Shown one piece after another: positions 47,142 to 58,129 of a DNA stretch of 64,000 bases (within the stretch, counting starts at the first letter, position 1; each line of letters begins with the position of its first letter). The notes under the pieces are model-generated. The model searched no databases. It had not been told where the DNA came from and saw only the letters and a program-made list of their open reading frames with translations. Both the position numbers and the translations under genes were made by a program. Origin of the DNA: Limnothrix sp. BL-A-16 (GTDB lineage: Bacteria > Cyanobacteriota > Cyanobacteriia > CACIAM-69d); the NCBI GenBank assembly GCA_041937175.2, contig CP166615.1:3360001-3424000 (forward strand), given 5' to 3'.

Positions 47142-48386
47142 TTAACTGGTGGGCGGATCTACCCAACGGCCATCGGCCTTAATCAGTTCAATCAGCGCTG
47201 ACACACCCTCGGTTTCTGGCACGCGCTTGATTTCGTCGCGTCCCCGGTAGAGGGCGATCGTCCCCGGCGTTTTGCCCACATAGCCGTAGTCCGCATCGGC
47301 CATTTCACCGGGCCCGTTCACAATGCAGCCCATCACGGCAATGTCCAATCCCACCAGGTGCTTAGTCGCTTCCCGCACTTGGTGCAGCACCTCTTCGAGG
47401 CTAAACAGCGTCCGCCCACAGGATGGGCAAGCCACATATTCAACCATGGTTTTCCGCAAGCCCAGCGATTGCAAAATGCTGTAGCAAACGGGGATTTCCT
47501 TTTCGGGCGCTTCCGTCAGGGAAACGCGGATCGTGTCGCCGATCCCTTCCGCCAACAGGGTGGCGATCCCGGCGGTGGACTTGACCCGGCCATAGTCGCC
47601 GTCGCCCGCTTCCGTCACACCCAAATGGATCGGGTAGGGCATCCCGGCTTCATCCAGCCGCTTGGCCAGCAACCGATAGGCCGCCAGCATCACGGGCACA
47701 CGGGAGGCCTTCATGGAGATCACCAGGTTTTGGAATTGCATGTCTTCGCAAATCCGCAGGAATTCCAATGCCGATTCCACCATGCCCAAGGGCGTGTCAC
47801 CGTAGGTAAACACCATCCGCTCCGCGAGGGAGCCGTGGTTTACGCCAATCCGCATACATTTGTTCTGCTCGCCCAGGGTTTCCACGAGGGGTTGCAGGGT
47901 TTCGCGAATTTTCTTGCCGATCGCCTCGAATTCAGCGGCGCTGTAGTCCTGGTCAGCGCGGGGCTTTTCAAACACATACAAGCCCGGATTGATCCGCACC
48001 TTATCGACGTGCTTAGCCACTTCCAGGGCGATTTTCATGCCGTTGTGGTGTACGTCGGCCACCAGGGGCACGGGGCGATAGGTGTCTTCCAGGGTTTTGC
48101 GAATGCTTTCCATGGCCTTGGCGTGGGCCAGGCTGGGGACGGTGACGCGCACAATTTCACAGCCAATTTCGTGGAGGCGACGAATGGCGGCGACCGAACC
48201 GGGAATATCGAGGGTATCTTCGTTGATCATCGACTGCACCACGACCGGATGGCCACCCCCGATCGTGATGTCGCCCACTTGCACGGGGCGGGTTTGGCGA
48301 CGATGGATCGTGGTGTCAAACAGTCGATCGTCTAGGTTGGTGGCGATGCTGCCGTTGGGAACGGGGGGTTTCGGCAGGGTTTGCAT
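47142..48386 (-). CDS. ispG: (E)-4-hydroxy-3-methylbut-2-enyl-diphosphate synthase
   Basis: [45 protein letters not shown]. Confidence 0.98.
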   Translation of the reverse strand: MQTLPKPPVPNGSIATNLDDRLFDTTIHRRQTRPVQVGDITIGGGHPVVVQSMINEDTLDIPGSVAAIRRLHEIGCEIVRVTVPSLAHAKAMESIRKTLEDTYRPVPLVADVHHNGMKIALEVAKHVDKVRINPGLYVFEKPRADQDYSAAEFEAIGKKIRETLQPLVETLGEQNKCMRIGVNHGSLAERMVFTYGDTPLGMVESALEFLRICEDMQFQNLVISMKASRVPVMLAAYRLLAKRLDEAGMPYPIHLGVTEAGDGDYGRVKSTAGIATLLAEGIGDTIRVSLTEAPEKEIPVCYSILQSLGLRKTMVEYVACPSCGRTLFSLEEVLHQVREATKHLVGLDIAVMGCIVNGPGEMADADYGYVGKTPGTIALYRGRDEIKRVPETEGVSALIELIKADGRWVDPPTS

Positions 48387-48639
48387 GGCTTCGCTCCGAT
48401 CGCGGATGGCGCGGGGTAGGTCTGAAGGCGCGGATGGTTCAAGGGGTTGCCCAAATAAATGGGTTGCCCAGTTTTTTAGGTTGCCATACTTTGGGCGATC
48501 GCTTGGGGTTTGTGGCGGATTTGACGATTTGCGCTGGTGATGGAGTCAGTCAGATCCGGCAATTGGTGCTATTGATCAAAGCAACGTGGGGGGTCGATCG
48601 CCCCAAACGCATTACCCCAAACCTTGACTTCGCCGCGCG

Positions 48640-48673
48640 CAAGTCGTGGGGGCAAGGGGCTTAAGCCCCTTGT
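48640..48673. repeat. Core remnant of the CAAGGGGCTTAAGCCCCTTG repeat family
   Basis: GTCGTGGGGGCAAGGGGCTTAAGCCCCTTGTC with no intact MITE ends. Confidence 0.7.
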
Positions 48674-48744
48674 CTGTGTCCTTGCTTGCGGGTGACGTGA
48701 GGAATGGTTACTTCAGCAGGTTATTTCGTAGGAGAGGCGCGATC

Positions 48745-48951
48745 GTGTTTGGACTGGGCTGGCCGGAAGTGCTGTTGATTTTGCTGGTAGCGATCCTGAT
48801 CTTTGGGCCCAAGAAGTTGCCCCAATTGGGTGGAGCCTTGGGCAAAACCCTGCGCGGCTTTCGCGATGAGCTGAATCCTGATGAAAAGGAACTCGATCGC
48901 CCCGCTGGCCCGCCGGACGTGGACGGAGAAGTGATCAAGGGCGATCGATAA
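48745..48951 (+). CDS. tatA: Twin-arginine translocase TatA/TatE subunit
   Basis: AGGAG RBS and GTG start; FGLGWPE...IFGPKKLPQLG..LGKTLRGF. Confidence 0.93.
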   Translation: MFGLGWPEVLLILLVAILIFGPKKLPQLGGALGKTLRGFRDELNPDEKELDRPAGPPDVDGEVIKGDR

Positions 48952-49219
48952 CCAACCGCCATCCCAAAAATTCCCAAAAATTCTAGAACGTTCTGAAAAG
49001 CTCTCGAACTGAAGAGCCGATCGCCCCAAGGTTAATTCAGCCAAATTAAACGCGATCGAGCCAAACTTTCTCTCCTGGAAATTTGCTCAAAATCAATTCA
49101 TTCTTGTAATTCTTGAGCTGAAAAATTCAAGATACTGAATAGTGTTTGAGGTCAGATCGATCAGTTCAAGATCAGCCAGTAAAATTGGATTTTGCTGCGA
49201 AAAAAACGAGCTGAAATCC

Positions 49220-50218
49220 ATGAAAGCGATCGCCCTGAGTCAGCCCGGTGGGCCGGAAAATTTGCAGATCCAAGATTTACCCCAGCCGGAGATTACGGCG
49301 GGCCAAGTGTTGGTGAAACTCAAAGCGGCCGGCATTAACCCGATCGATACCAAGTTGCGATCGCGCGGCACGTTTTACCCCGAGGCAACGCCCCAGGTGT
49401 TGGGCTGTGATGGGGCTGGGATTATTGAAGCGATCGGCTCCGAGGTGACGGGCTGGCAGCCGGGACAGGCGGTTTATTTTTGTTATGGCGGTCTGGGCGG
49501 CCCGGCGGGTAACTATGCGGAATGGGCGGCGGTGGATGCCCGTTGCCTAGCCCCCAAGCCCGATCGCCTGAGTTTTGTGGAAGCGGCGGCGGCTCCCTTG
49601 GTGTTGATTACCGCTTGGGAGGCCCTGCGAGATCGAGCACGCATCACCGCTGGCCAAAAGGTGTTGATCCATGCCGGGGCTGGGGGCGTGGGCCATGTGG
49701 CGATTCAGCTCGCCAAGCGCTGGGGCGCGGAGGTGGCCGCCACGGTCAGCACGCCCGAGAAGGCGGATTTTGTGGTTGGGTTGGGGTGCGATCGCCCGAT
49801 TCTCTATGGCCAAGAAGATTTCGTGAGCGCTGTACAGGGCTGGACGGGCGGCCAAGGCGTGGATATTGCCTTTGACACGGTGGGTGGCGACCTGCTAACG
49901 GCTACCTTTCCGGCGGTGAAGCCCTACGGCGACGTGGTGACGATTTTGGAACCCGCGGCCAACACCAACTGGAAGGTTGCCCGTAACAATAACTTGCGAA
50001 TTGGGCTGGAGTTGATGCTCACGCCGCTGCTGAAGCATTGGGATGCGGGTTTGCGACATCAGGCGGAGATTTTGCGTCAATGCGCGGCCTGGATTGATGC
50101 GGGCCAACTCAAAATCCAGTTGCACCAAACCTTCCCGCTCGATCGCGCTGCTGAGGCCCACCAACTGCTGGAGCGGGGCGGTTTGATTGGCAAGCTGGCC
50201 CTGGCGATCGACCCCTAA
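49220..50218 (+). CDS. MDR-family (zinc-type alcohol dehydrogenase-like/quinone) oxidoreductase
   Basis: AAGINPID, LGCDGAG, LIHAGAGGVG, A.EAH..LE.G..GK. Confidence 0.92.
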   Translation: MKAIALSQPGGPENLQIQDLPQPEITAGQVLVKLKAAGINPIDTKLRSRGTFYPEATPQVLGCDGAGIIEAIGSEVTGWQPGQAVYFCYGGLGGPAGNYAEWAAVDARCLAPKPDRLSFVEAAAAPLVLITAWEALRDRARITAGQKVLIHAGAGGVGHVAIQLAKRWGAEVAATVSTPEKADFVVGLGCDRPILYGQEDFVSAVQGWTGGQGVDIAFDTVGGDLLTATFPAVKPYGDVVTILEPAANTNWKVARNNNLRIGLELMLTPLLKHWDAGLRHQAEILRQCAAWIDAGQLKIQLHQTFPLDRAAEAHQLLERGGLIGKLALAIDP

Positions 50219-50331
50219 TTTCAAGCTGAAAGTTTGCGACTTTGAACGGCTGGGCGATCGCGCGGAATTGTCCCCAAATGGGATTTGAATCCAGTGGCTA
50301 TGCTGGAGAGAGTTCCTGCGATTGTCCTGCC

Positions 50332-50916
50332 ATGACTGCTTCGATTGCCGCCCAGTTAATTGCTGCCAGCCTCACACCCGACGAGTATCGCGCCCTTGAA
50401 GAAAAAAGCGAAACTCGCCATGAATATTCCGATGGAGTATCAATCCCCATGACCGGTGGCAGCTATCGACATAGCCAAATTATTACTAACTTGATAGTGC
50501 TGCTGGCTACAGCTTGGGCCGACACGGAATATACCGTTCATGCCAATGATTTGCGCGTTTGGTTACCGGAATGGCAAACGGGCACATATCCGGATGTGCT
50601 GGTCATTACAGGTGAGCCACGCTTCACCGAAAATCGCACTGATGAAGTGTTAAATCCCACGCTAATTATTGAGGTCTTGTCGCCTTCAACGGCGGATTAC
50701 GATCGCACGAAAAAGTTTAGTAAATATTGCTCAATTCCTGAGTTTCGGGAATATCTGTTGGTGGCTCAGGAAGAACCGGCAATCGATCGATTCTGGTTGG
50801 GCGAAGACGGCGACTGGCGTTGGCGAAGAACTGAAGGATTGACAGAAACCTGCTCGATCGCCACCGGCAATTTAACGTTACCCCTGTCCAAAATTTATCG
50901 ATCGGTTAGCTTTTAA
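50332..50916 (+). CDS. Uma2 family putative endonuclease, tandem copy 1
   Basis: RHEY.DG, MTGG..H, YPDV, NP.LIIEVLSPST..YDR..KF..Y. Confidence 0.93.
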   Translation: MTASIAAQLIAASLTPDEYRALEEKSETRHEYSDGVSIPMTGGSYRHSQIITNLIVLLATAWADTEYTVHANDLRVWLPEWQTGTYPDVLVITGEPRFTENRTDEVLNPTLIIEVLSPSTADYDRTKKFSKYCSIPEFREYLLVAQEEPAIDRFWLGEDGDWRWRRTEGLTETCSIATGNLTLPLSKIYRSVSF

Positions 50917-50940
50917 ATTCGGTTACCCATCAGCATGGCC

Positions 50941-51035
50941 CATGAACCCGACTCGATCGAGCGCCTCATCCTGGCAAGCCGTCATCCGTTGGGGGCGATC
51001 GGCTGTGTTGTGTTGGGCATCGGCCTTCGTCTTTG
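50941..51035 (+). pseudogene. Duplicated 5' fragment of the GT39-like gene, carried by the Uma2 tandem duplication
   Basis: ATGAACCCGACTCGATCGAGCGCC...GGCCTTCGTCTTTG is nearly identical to 51744-51838. Confidence 0.85.
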
Positions 51036-51122
51036 AACGGCTGGGCGATCGTGTGGAATCGTCCCCGAATGGGATCTAAATTCAGTGGCTATGCTGGAGA
51101 GAGTTCTTGCGATCGTCCTGCC

Positions 51123-51698
51123 ATGACTGCTTCGATTGCCGCCCAGTTAATTGCTGCCAGCCTCACACCCGACGAGTATCGCGCCCTTGAAGAAAAAAGC
51201 GAAACTCGCCATGAATATTCCGATGGAGTATCAATCCCCATGACCGGTGGTACTTCAAGTCATAACCAAATTGGTCTGAACCTGATTCGGCTTCTAGATC
51301 TAGATCCACCCTTCACGGTTTTTGCATTGGATATGCGTCTTTGGCTGCCGACCTACAATCACGGAACTTATCCTGATTTGATGGTGATTGAAGGTGACCC
51401 CAGCTTTTCCGATGGACGGCGAGATGAAGTGTTAAATCCCAAGCTGATTATTGAGGTTTTGTCACCTTCAACGGCGGATTACGATCGCACGAAAAAGTTT
51501 AGTAAATATTGCTCAATTCCTGAGTTTCGGGAATATCTGTTGGTGGCTCAGGAAGAACCGGCAATCGATCGATTCTGGTTGGGTGAAGACGGCGACTGGC
51601 GTTGGCGAAGAACCGAAGGATTGACAGAAACCTGCTCGATCGCCACCGGCAATTTAACGTTACCCCTGTCCAAAATTTATCGATCGGTTAGCTTTTAA
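51123..51698 (+). CDS. Uma2 family putative endonuclease, tandem copy 2
   Basis: Same motifs as copy 1; 5' and 3' thirds nearly identical, middle strongly diverged. Confidence 0.93.
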   Translation: MTASIAAQLIAASLTPDEYRALEEKSETRHEYSDGVSIPMTGGTSSHNQIGLNLIRLLDLDPPFTVFALDMRLWLPTYNHGTYPDLMVIEGDPSFSDGRRDEVLNPKLIIEVLSPSTADYDRTKKFSKYCSIPEFREYLLVAQEEPAIDRFWLGEDGDWRWRRTEGLTETCSIATGNLTLPLSKIYRSVSF

Positions 51699-51743
51699 AT
51701 TCGGTGATTCCCGATATTTAGCCCTTGACCGTCAGCAGCACCC

Positions 51744-53453
51744 ATGAACCCGACTCGATCGAGCGCCTCATCCTGGCAAATCGTCATCCGTTGGGTGGCG
51801 ATCGGCTGTTTATTGTTGGGCATTGGCCTTCGTCTTTGGGCCATTGATCACAATATCCTTTGGCATGACGAAGTATTGACAGCCGTGAGCGCCGCCGGCC
51901 ATCGTTTGCCGGTGCTCCAGTCCCGTGAATTTGCCAACAAATTAGTCATGCAGCCGGAATTGGCTGCCTACTTGGGGCCCAAGGGACAGCCCTGGCACAC
52001 CGTTTTTGCTTCTGTGATTGGCAATCCGGAGCATCCACCGCTCTATTACCTGTTAACGCGGTTTTGGATGGAATGCTTTGGCAGCAGTGCCTTCGCCCTT
52101 CGGAGCTTGCCCACGATTTTTGGGTTGGCGGTTTTTCCCGCGCTGTATTGGGTCTGTTGGGAGTTAACCCGATCGCCCCTGGTGGGCTGGGTGGCCATGG
52201 CGCTGGTGGCCCTGTCCCCGTTCCATGTGCTGTATGGGCGAGAGGCGCGGGAATATAGCCTGTGGGCGGCGTTGCTGTTGGTGTTGGGGGCGCTGCTGCT
52301 GCGTGCTTTGCGGTTAACAGAGCGGGCGGCAACTTGGGGCGATCGGGTGCGGGCCTGGTGGCCCTACAGCTTGGTTTTGGCGCTGGGGCTATACACCTCC
52401 CTGTTGACGGTTTATGTATCCGTGGGTCAAGGGTTGTATGTGTTGTGGCTCGATCGGGGACGACTGGGCTGGCGGGTGCGATCGCTCGTCCTGGCCGGCT
52501 TGGCCGGTGGGCTGTTGTTCTTGCCCTGGGCGCTGGTGTTGTTGAACCATTGGGAAGCTGCCCGCCAGCTCACCGCCTGGATGACCGCCTATGAAGAACC
52601 GCGCCTTCAAGTGCTTCGCCGATTGGTAATCCAAGTGTTGCGAGGGTTCACGGATTGGGTTCCTGTGGGCGCTGGTTGGTGGGGGGCGGGGCTGTTTTGC
52701 GCGATCGCCCTGGGATCCTTGATTTGGATTCAGCGACGGCTGCCCCGGTGGGTGAGTGGTTGGGTGCTGAGTTTCACGTTGGTCTCCACCAGCCTCTTAG
52801 TCATCCCGGATCTGCTCGATGGCGGGCTGCGCTCCATCTCAACGCGCTACTGGACTCCGACCTACCTAGGGCTGCAAATTGCCTTTGCGATTCTGATTGT
52901 CCAAGGCCTGACCCATGGGCCAACCCTGCGCCGCAGTCTCGCCGCGATCGGGGCCAGCCTGTTGTTAACCATTAGCCTGAATGGTAGTTGGCAATTAATT
53001 ACCGCCACCACCAATTGGGCCAAAGGCATTAGTGTTAGCTTGCCTGCTTTTGCGGAACAGATCAACGCCGCCGCTAACCCCTTGGTGATTGCGGATGGAT
53101 TTGGTTATCGAGCGGGCAACACCATCGCCCTGGCGCTACGTCTGCGGCCCAATGTGCCATTCTATTTGGTCTCAGATTTTCGGCAGGTCAACCCCGGTGA
53201 TTTGCAATTGTTGAAAACGGCGATCGGGCAAATGACCCCACCAGTCAGTGATCTATACGTCCTGAACCTGATGCCCCCGTTTCGCGAGGCGATCGAGACA
53301 GAGTTAAAAGGGCAAATTCAACCCCTTGGTGGCGACAACATGGCCTGGCTCGATCGATTGCAACTTCCTTCCTCGATCGCCGCCCAAAAGCCCATGCCGC
53401 TCAATTCAAGCCCTGGCGAACTTCAACCTCAACAAAAAAGACAAGGGGTTTAG
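51744..53453 (+). CDS. GT-C fold glycosyltransferase (family 39/PMT_2-like membrane protein)
   Basis: LWHDE, EHPPLYY, LRSL, SPFHVLYGREAREYSL; many TM segments. Confidence 0.88.
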   Translation: MNPTRSSASSWQIVIRWVAIGCLLLGIGLRLWAIDHNILWHDEVLTAVSAAGHRLPVLQSREFANKLVMQPELAAYLGPKGQPWHTVFASVIGNPEHPPLYYLLTRFWMECFGSSAFALRSLPTIFGLAVFPALYWVCWELTRSPLVGWVAMALVALSPFHVLYGREAREYSLWAALLLVLGALLLRALRLTERAATWGDRVRAWWPYSLVLALGLYTSLLTVYVSVGQGLYVLWLDRGRLGWRVRSLVLAGLAGGLLFLPWALVLLNHWEAARQLTAWMTAYEEPRLQVLRRLVIQVLRGFTDWVPVGAGWWGAGLFCAIALGSLIWIQRRLPRWVSGWVLSFTLVSTSLLVIPDLLDGGLRSISTRYWTPTYLGLQIAFAILIVQGLTHGPTLRRSLAAIGASLLLTISLNGSWQLITATTNWAKGISVSLPAFAEQINAAANPLVIADGFGYRAGNTIALALRLRPNVPFYLVSDFRQVNPGDLQLLKTAIGQMTPPVSDLYVLNLMPPFREAIETELKGQIQPLGGDNMAWLDRLQLPSSIAAQKPMPLNSSPGELQPQQKRQGV

Positions 53454-53600
53454 GGGGTATCGTGGTTTAGCCCGAAACCCCAGATCTGCCGTTAGCGGAT
53501 CGATCGTGGGGGACAAGGGGCTTAAGCCCCTTGTTGCGACGATTAGGGCATAGAAGATCAACCGTTTCAGCATCACTTCAAAAAATGACGACAGGGCCTA
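53451..53600 (+). mobile_element. MITE family A copy (150 bp); starts on the GT39 stop codon, inside a REP-like palindrome
   Basis: CAAGGGGTT|TA...GACGACAGGGCC TA|AACCCCTTG. Confidence 0.8.
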
Positions 53601-53650
53601 AACCCCTTGCCTCTGAACGATTGCCATTGACCGCGAATGGCTAGCAATTT

Positions 53651-54628
<978 letters not shown>

Positions 54629-55022
54629 TTATCGTGATGGGTTACTAAAAAAGGGGGCAGAGCAACTGGCTCGCGCGATTCATGCCGATCGAAACCGATG
54701 GTAGTCGCCTCGATCGCGATCGGGAACGCTTTGCCCTGATGCATGATGCCACCGGGCCCAAACGGGGCCAGGCGATCGCATCCTATCGAGAATCGCCTAA
54801 TTGCGCGTCGCGAAAGGCGAAAACCTCAACCAATCTTAAAATCTTGGCCGGTTGTTGAGAATTTTGTAGGGCTGCATCCAAATTATTTGGCCAGCACCCT
54901 TGCGATTTTTCATCCATGGCGTATAATACATACTCGCGTCAAAAATATTGAGTTTTGTTCCGTTAACTAAACGATCACCACTCAAACAATCTCCGTAACC
55001 TAGAGATTTGAAGACGCATCAA

Positions 55023-55095
55023 GGCTCAGTAGCTCAGAGGTTAGAGCAGGGGACTCATAAGCCCAAGGTCGCAGGTTCAAATCCCGCCTGAGCCA
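55023..55095 (+). tRNA. trnM: tRNA-Met (CAT), elongator type
   Basis: GGCTCAG/CTGAGCC acceptor stem; GCTC/GAGC D-arm; CTCATAA anticodon loop; GGTTCAAATC T-loop; CCA not encoded. Confidence 0.93.
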
Positions 55096-55173
55096 TCGCT
55101 GAAACGCTTGTTTTGCAAAACTTTTAGATTACTCGCAACAGTATTTAAAACTGTAAAAGTAAGATCCATTTAA

Positions 55174-55304
55174 GAGGATGTCTGAAAAGTATCTTTCGGC
55201 CCGAACTAAGCACCAATAGTCGTGGCAGCAAGGGGCTTAAGCCCCTTGTTTCCGTCGATTGCTGGAGCAAGCATTGTATTAATTTTGGCTTTTCAGACAT
55301 CCTC
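55174..55304 (+). mobile_element. MITE family B copy (TAA duplication)
   Basis: TAA|GAGGATGTCTGAAAAG...CTTTTCAGACATCCTC|TAA with perfect 16-bp TIR. Confidence 0.88.
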
Positions 55305-55469
55305 TAAGATCATTGGCCGTCGAGCTGATTTTCAAATGGTCAGCCTCCCTGTTTGCCGCACTAGCAAGCTTGAAGCGGAGCACTAGGTCAGTAGACTTCT
55401 TTCACGAATCAGTTAGAAGCTCTGATCCTGAACCCCTTTTCCCAAAATGGGCTGATCAACGGTCATTTT

Positions 55470-55572
55470 GTAGGCTGGGTTGAGGCACGTAGCTTGCTTC
55501 CCGAAGGGTAACCCAACAACAGTAAGGTTCGTGGTGATTGAGTTGGGTTTCGCAAAGCTCAACCCAACCTAC
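55470..55572. repeat. Inverted pair of GTAG-class REP-like units
   Basis: GTAGGCTGGGTTGAG...ACCCAAC ... GTTGGGTTTCG..CTCAACCCAACCTAC. Confidence 0.7.
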
Positions 55573-55608
55573 TGGAGAACTGCAAGCGATCGAAATTTAG
55601 CTTCCAAC

Positions 55609-55642
55609 AAAAGCGCGATCGACTGTTTAGGTCGATCGCGCT
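55609..55642 (-). terminator. Intrinsic terminator after pdhC
   Basis: AGCGCGATCGAC-tgtttag-GTCGATCGCGCT hairpin with an A-run on + (U-tail on -). Confidence 0.7.
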
Positions 55643-55690
55643 AATGATGCTCAACGAAGGATGGGAACCAGAAAACGCGCTAGGGAAAAC

Positions 55691-56983
55691 CTACAGCGTC
55701 AGGGATTGCACATCGCCTTCGATTAGGGCGGCCAAGTCGCGCAGGAAGCCCGCCGAATCTGCACCGTAGATGATCCGGTGGTCGGCGGTCAGGTTCACTT
55801 GCATCACCCGCTTCACACCCAACAAACCGTCATCGGTCGCCACCACAGTCGGCTTGGACGCGCCCACAGCCAAGATTGCCCCTTGGCCCGGCGGCAAGAT
55901 CGCATCAAAGCGATCGACCCCAAACATGCCCAAGTTCGACAGGGTGAACGTGCCGGTCGTGTACTCATCCGGTTGCAACTGCTTGCTGCGGGCCCGAGTT
56001 ACCAGGTCTTGCCAGTTGCGTGACAGGGAATAGAGATCCACCTGGTCGGCATTCTTCAGCACGGGGGTGATCAGGCCACCATCGGGCATGGCCACGGCCA
56101 CGGCGATGTTGATGTCGCTGCGGTAGGCGATCGCGTCAGGGGCGTAAGCGGCGTTCACCACCGGGTGCTTGCGCAGGCTGAGGGCCACGGCCTTGGCCAG
56201 CAGGGCGGTCATGGTCACGCCCTTGGACTTCACTTGTTTGTAGAGTGCATCCAGCTTGTCGGTGGTGATTGAGTAGCCCACGCGGAAGGTGGGAACGCTC
56301 AGGCTGACCATCATGTTGTTGACCACGGCCTTTTGCAGGGTGGTCATGGCCACAGCTTGACCGGGCATGGGTGGCAATGGGGCAGCCGCAGCAGCCGCAG
56401 CCGGGGCAGCAGCGGGCACGGCCACGGGCGCGGCGATCGGGGCGGGAGCGGCGGCCGGGGTGCGACCGGCGGCCCGTTCCACGTCTTCGGCCACGATTCG
56501 ACCGTTAGGGCCAGACCCCTTCAGGCCGCTGAGGTCCACTTTCAATTCTTTGGCCAGCTTCTTGGCGCGGGGCGAGGCGATCGTGCGGTCGCTGGGGCTG
56601 GTTGCGGGGGCGCTGGCTCCGTTGCTGGGGGCAGCGGCCACGGCCACCGGAGTGGCAACGGGCGCGGCGGCCGGGGCCGGGGCGGCGCTGGCTGCTCCGC
56701 CGGATAGGCTGGCTGCTTGGGCCTTGGCGGCTTCGATTTCCGCTTCGGTTTCGGCAATCAGGGCGATCGTGGAACCCACAGGGGCGGAACCACCGGCATC
56801 AACCACAATCGCGGCCATGTAGCCCTCGTTAAAGGATTCCACGTCCATGTCTGCCTTGTCGGACTCGACGATCAGGATCGTTTCGCCTTTGGCTACTTTG
56901 TCGCCCGGCGCTTTCTCCCACGAGACAATTTTGCCTTCGGTCATCGTGGAGCTAAGGGCAGGCATGAAGACTTCGTGAATCAT
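55691..56983 (-). CDS. pdhC: Pyruvate dehydrogenase E2, dihydrolipoamide acetyltransferase
   Basis: MPALSSTMTEG, ESDKA lipoyl Lys, ASPRAKKLA E3-binding domain, DHRIIYG. Confidence 0.96.
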   Translation of the reverse strand: MIHEVFMPALSSTMTEGKIVSWEKAPGDKVAKGETILIVESDKADMDVESFNEGYMAAIVVDAGGSAPVGSTIALIAETEAEIEAAKAQAASLSGGAASAAPAPAAAPVATPVAVAAAPSNGASAPATSPSDRTIASPRAKKLAKELKVDLSGLKGSGPNGRIVAEDVERAAGRTPAAAPAPIAAPVAVPAAAPAAAAAAAPLPPMPGQAVAMTTLQKAVVNNMMVSLSVPTFRVGYSITTDKLDALYKQVKSKGVTMTALLAKAVALSLRKHPVVNAAYAPDAIAYRSDINIAVAVAMPDGGLITPVLKNADQVDLYSLSRNWQDLVTRARSKQLQPDEYTTGTFTLSNLGMFGVDRFDAILPPGQGAILAVGASKPTVVATDDGLLGVKRVMQVNLTADHRIIYGADSAGFLRDLAALIEGDVQSLTL

Positions 56984-57157
56984 GGGCCGATCGTACCGGG
57001 GAACGCTAGGACTTGAATGGTTGGGCTGCAATTCGCCAAAGTCAGATTTTACCGTCTGTGGGGGACGGTGGTGGCGTTGGTTGGCGATCGAGCCGTCAGA
57101 GTCAGGGATCGATCGTGTCACGCCGGGTGCTCACCGGTCGGTGGCCCCGGAAGCGCC

Positions 57158-57676
57158 CTAGTTGCGGAGGTCAGCAGATTTCAGATATTCCGTGTTCACA
57201 CCGGATTCACGGGTGAGGGCAATTTTGCCGGTGCGGGCCAGCTCGCGCACGCCAAATTTTTCCAGCAATTGCAGGATCGCCACCATTTTTCCGGGGTCGC
57301 CCACCACCTCGATCGTCAGGGAATCGTCAGACACATCCACCACCCTTGCCCGGAAAATTTGCGCCAGTTCGATAATTTCCGATCGGGCACTGCTGGGCGC
57401 ATTCACCTTCACCAACATCAACTCCCGTTCCACACAGGGCACTTCGGTGATGTCTTGGACTTTGATCACGTTGATCAGCTTGTAGAGCTGCTTGACGATT
57501 TGCTCAATGATCCGGTCATCGCCGGACACAATCATCGTGATTCGCGATACGCCCCCTTGCTCGGCGGGGCCGACGGCCAGGCTTTCGATGTTGTATCCCC
57601 GGCGGGCAAAGAGACCCGCGATGCGCGTCAAAACGCCGGCTTCGTCCTCGACAAGTACAGAAAGGGTGTGTTTCAT
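57158..57676 (-). CDS. ilvN: Acetolactate synthase small (regulatory) subunit
   Basis: [48 protein letters not shown]. Confidence 0.96.
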   Translation of the reverse strand: MKHTLSVLVEDEAGVLTRIAGLFARRGYNIESLAVGPAEQGGVSRITMIVSGDDRIIEQIVKQLYKLINVIKVQDITEVPCVERELMLVKVNAPSSARSEIIELAQIFRARVVDVSDDSLTIEVVGDPGKMVAILQLLEKFGVRELARTGKIALTRESGVNTEYLKSADLRN

Positions 57677-57870
57677 GGTTCGGTGAAAGGCTGATGGCCA
57701 GGGCGGGCGATCGATCGAGTGCATCCCAAAGGTGAATCGCACCCAATGCTGATCCCAATTCCCAATCGCATTCCAAATCTTGCGACAGCCTTTCAGTTTA
57801 GGCGATTTGGCGGTCTTCCGATTGCCCAACTCCAGTAACCAACCGAGGGACGGCAGAAGGCGCGATCGGA

Positions 57871-57901
57871 GCTAATCAGGGGCTAATCAGGGGCTAATCA
57901 G
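57871..57901. repeat. 11-bp tandem repeat (GGGCTAATCAG x3)
   Basis: Seen directly in the divergent intergenic region. Confidence 0.7.
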
Positions 57902-57994
57902 CAGTTATTCAACGGCAATTCATTGGGGCCAAGCCCGATCGCCCAGAGACCGATCGGGCTTGGCCATCCCGGGGGCGACGGGGCCTCAGGGGGG

Positions 57995-58025
57995 TGTTAG
58001 AATTTTTTTGAGAACCATTCTCAAA
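57995..58025 (+). promoter_or_regulatory. Extended -10 (TGnTAGAAT) followed by a Fur/Zur-family palindrome TTTGAGAA-CCA-TTCTCAAA
   Basis: 8-3-8 inverted repeat at 58007-58025 containing TGAGAAC-C-ATTCTCA (7-1-7), upstream of the metal ABC genes. Confidence 0.7.
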
Positions 58026-58129
58026 CTAATCTTCGGCATTTCCGTGAGTCACTGCCATTGTGCGGCGCTGTTGGGGCGCGGTGGTGGCTGGCGGTTTTGT
58101 TGGCTTTCCTACTGGAACCCATCGCCTCC

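Noticed and set aside
50332..51698. Uma2 pair as a diversity-generating retroelement TR/VR
   Set aside because: Differences are not adenine-specific, include an indel, and there is no reverse transcriptase in the window
55023..55320. tRNA-Met as an integration site for an island
   Set aside because: No integrase and no duplicated tRNA 3' end found in the window
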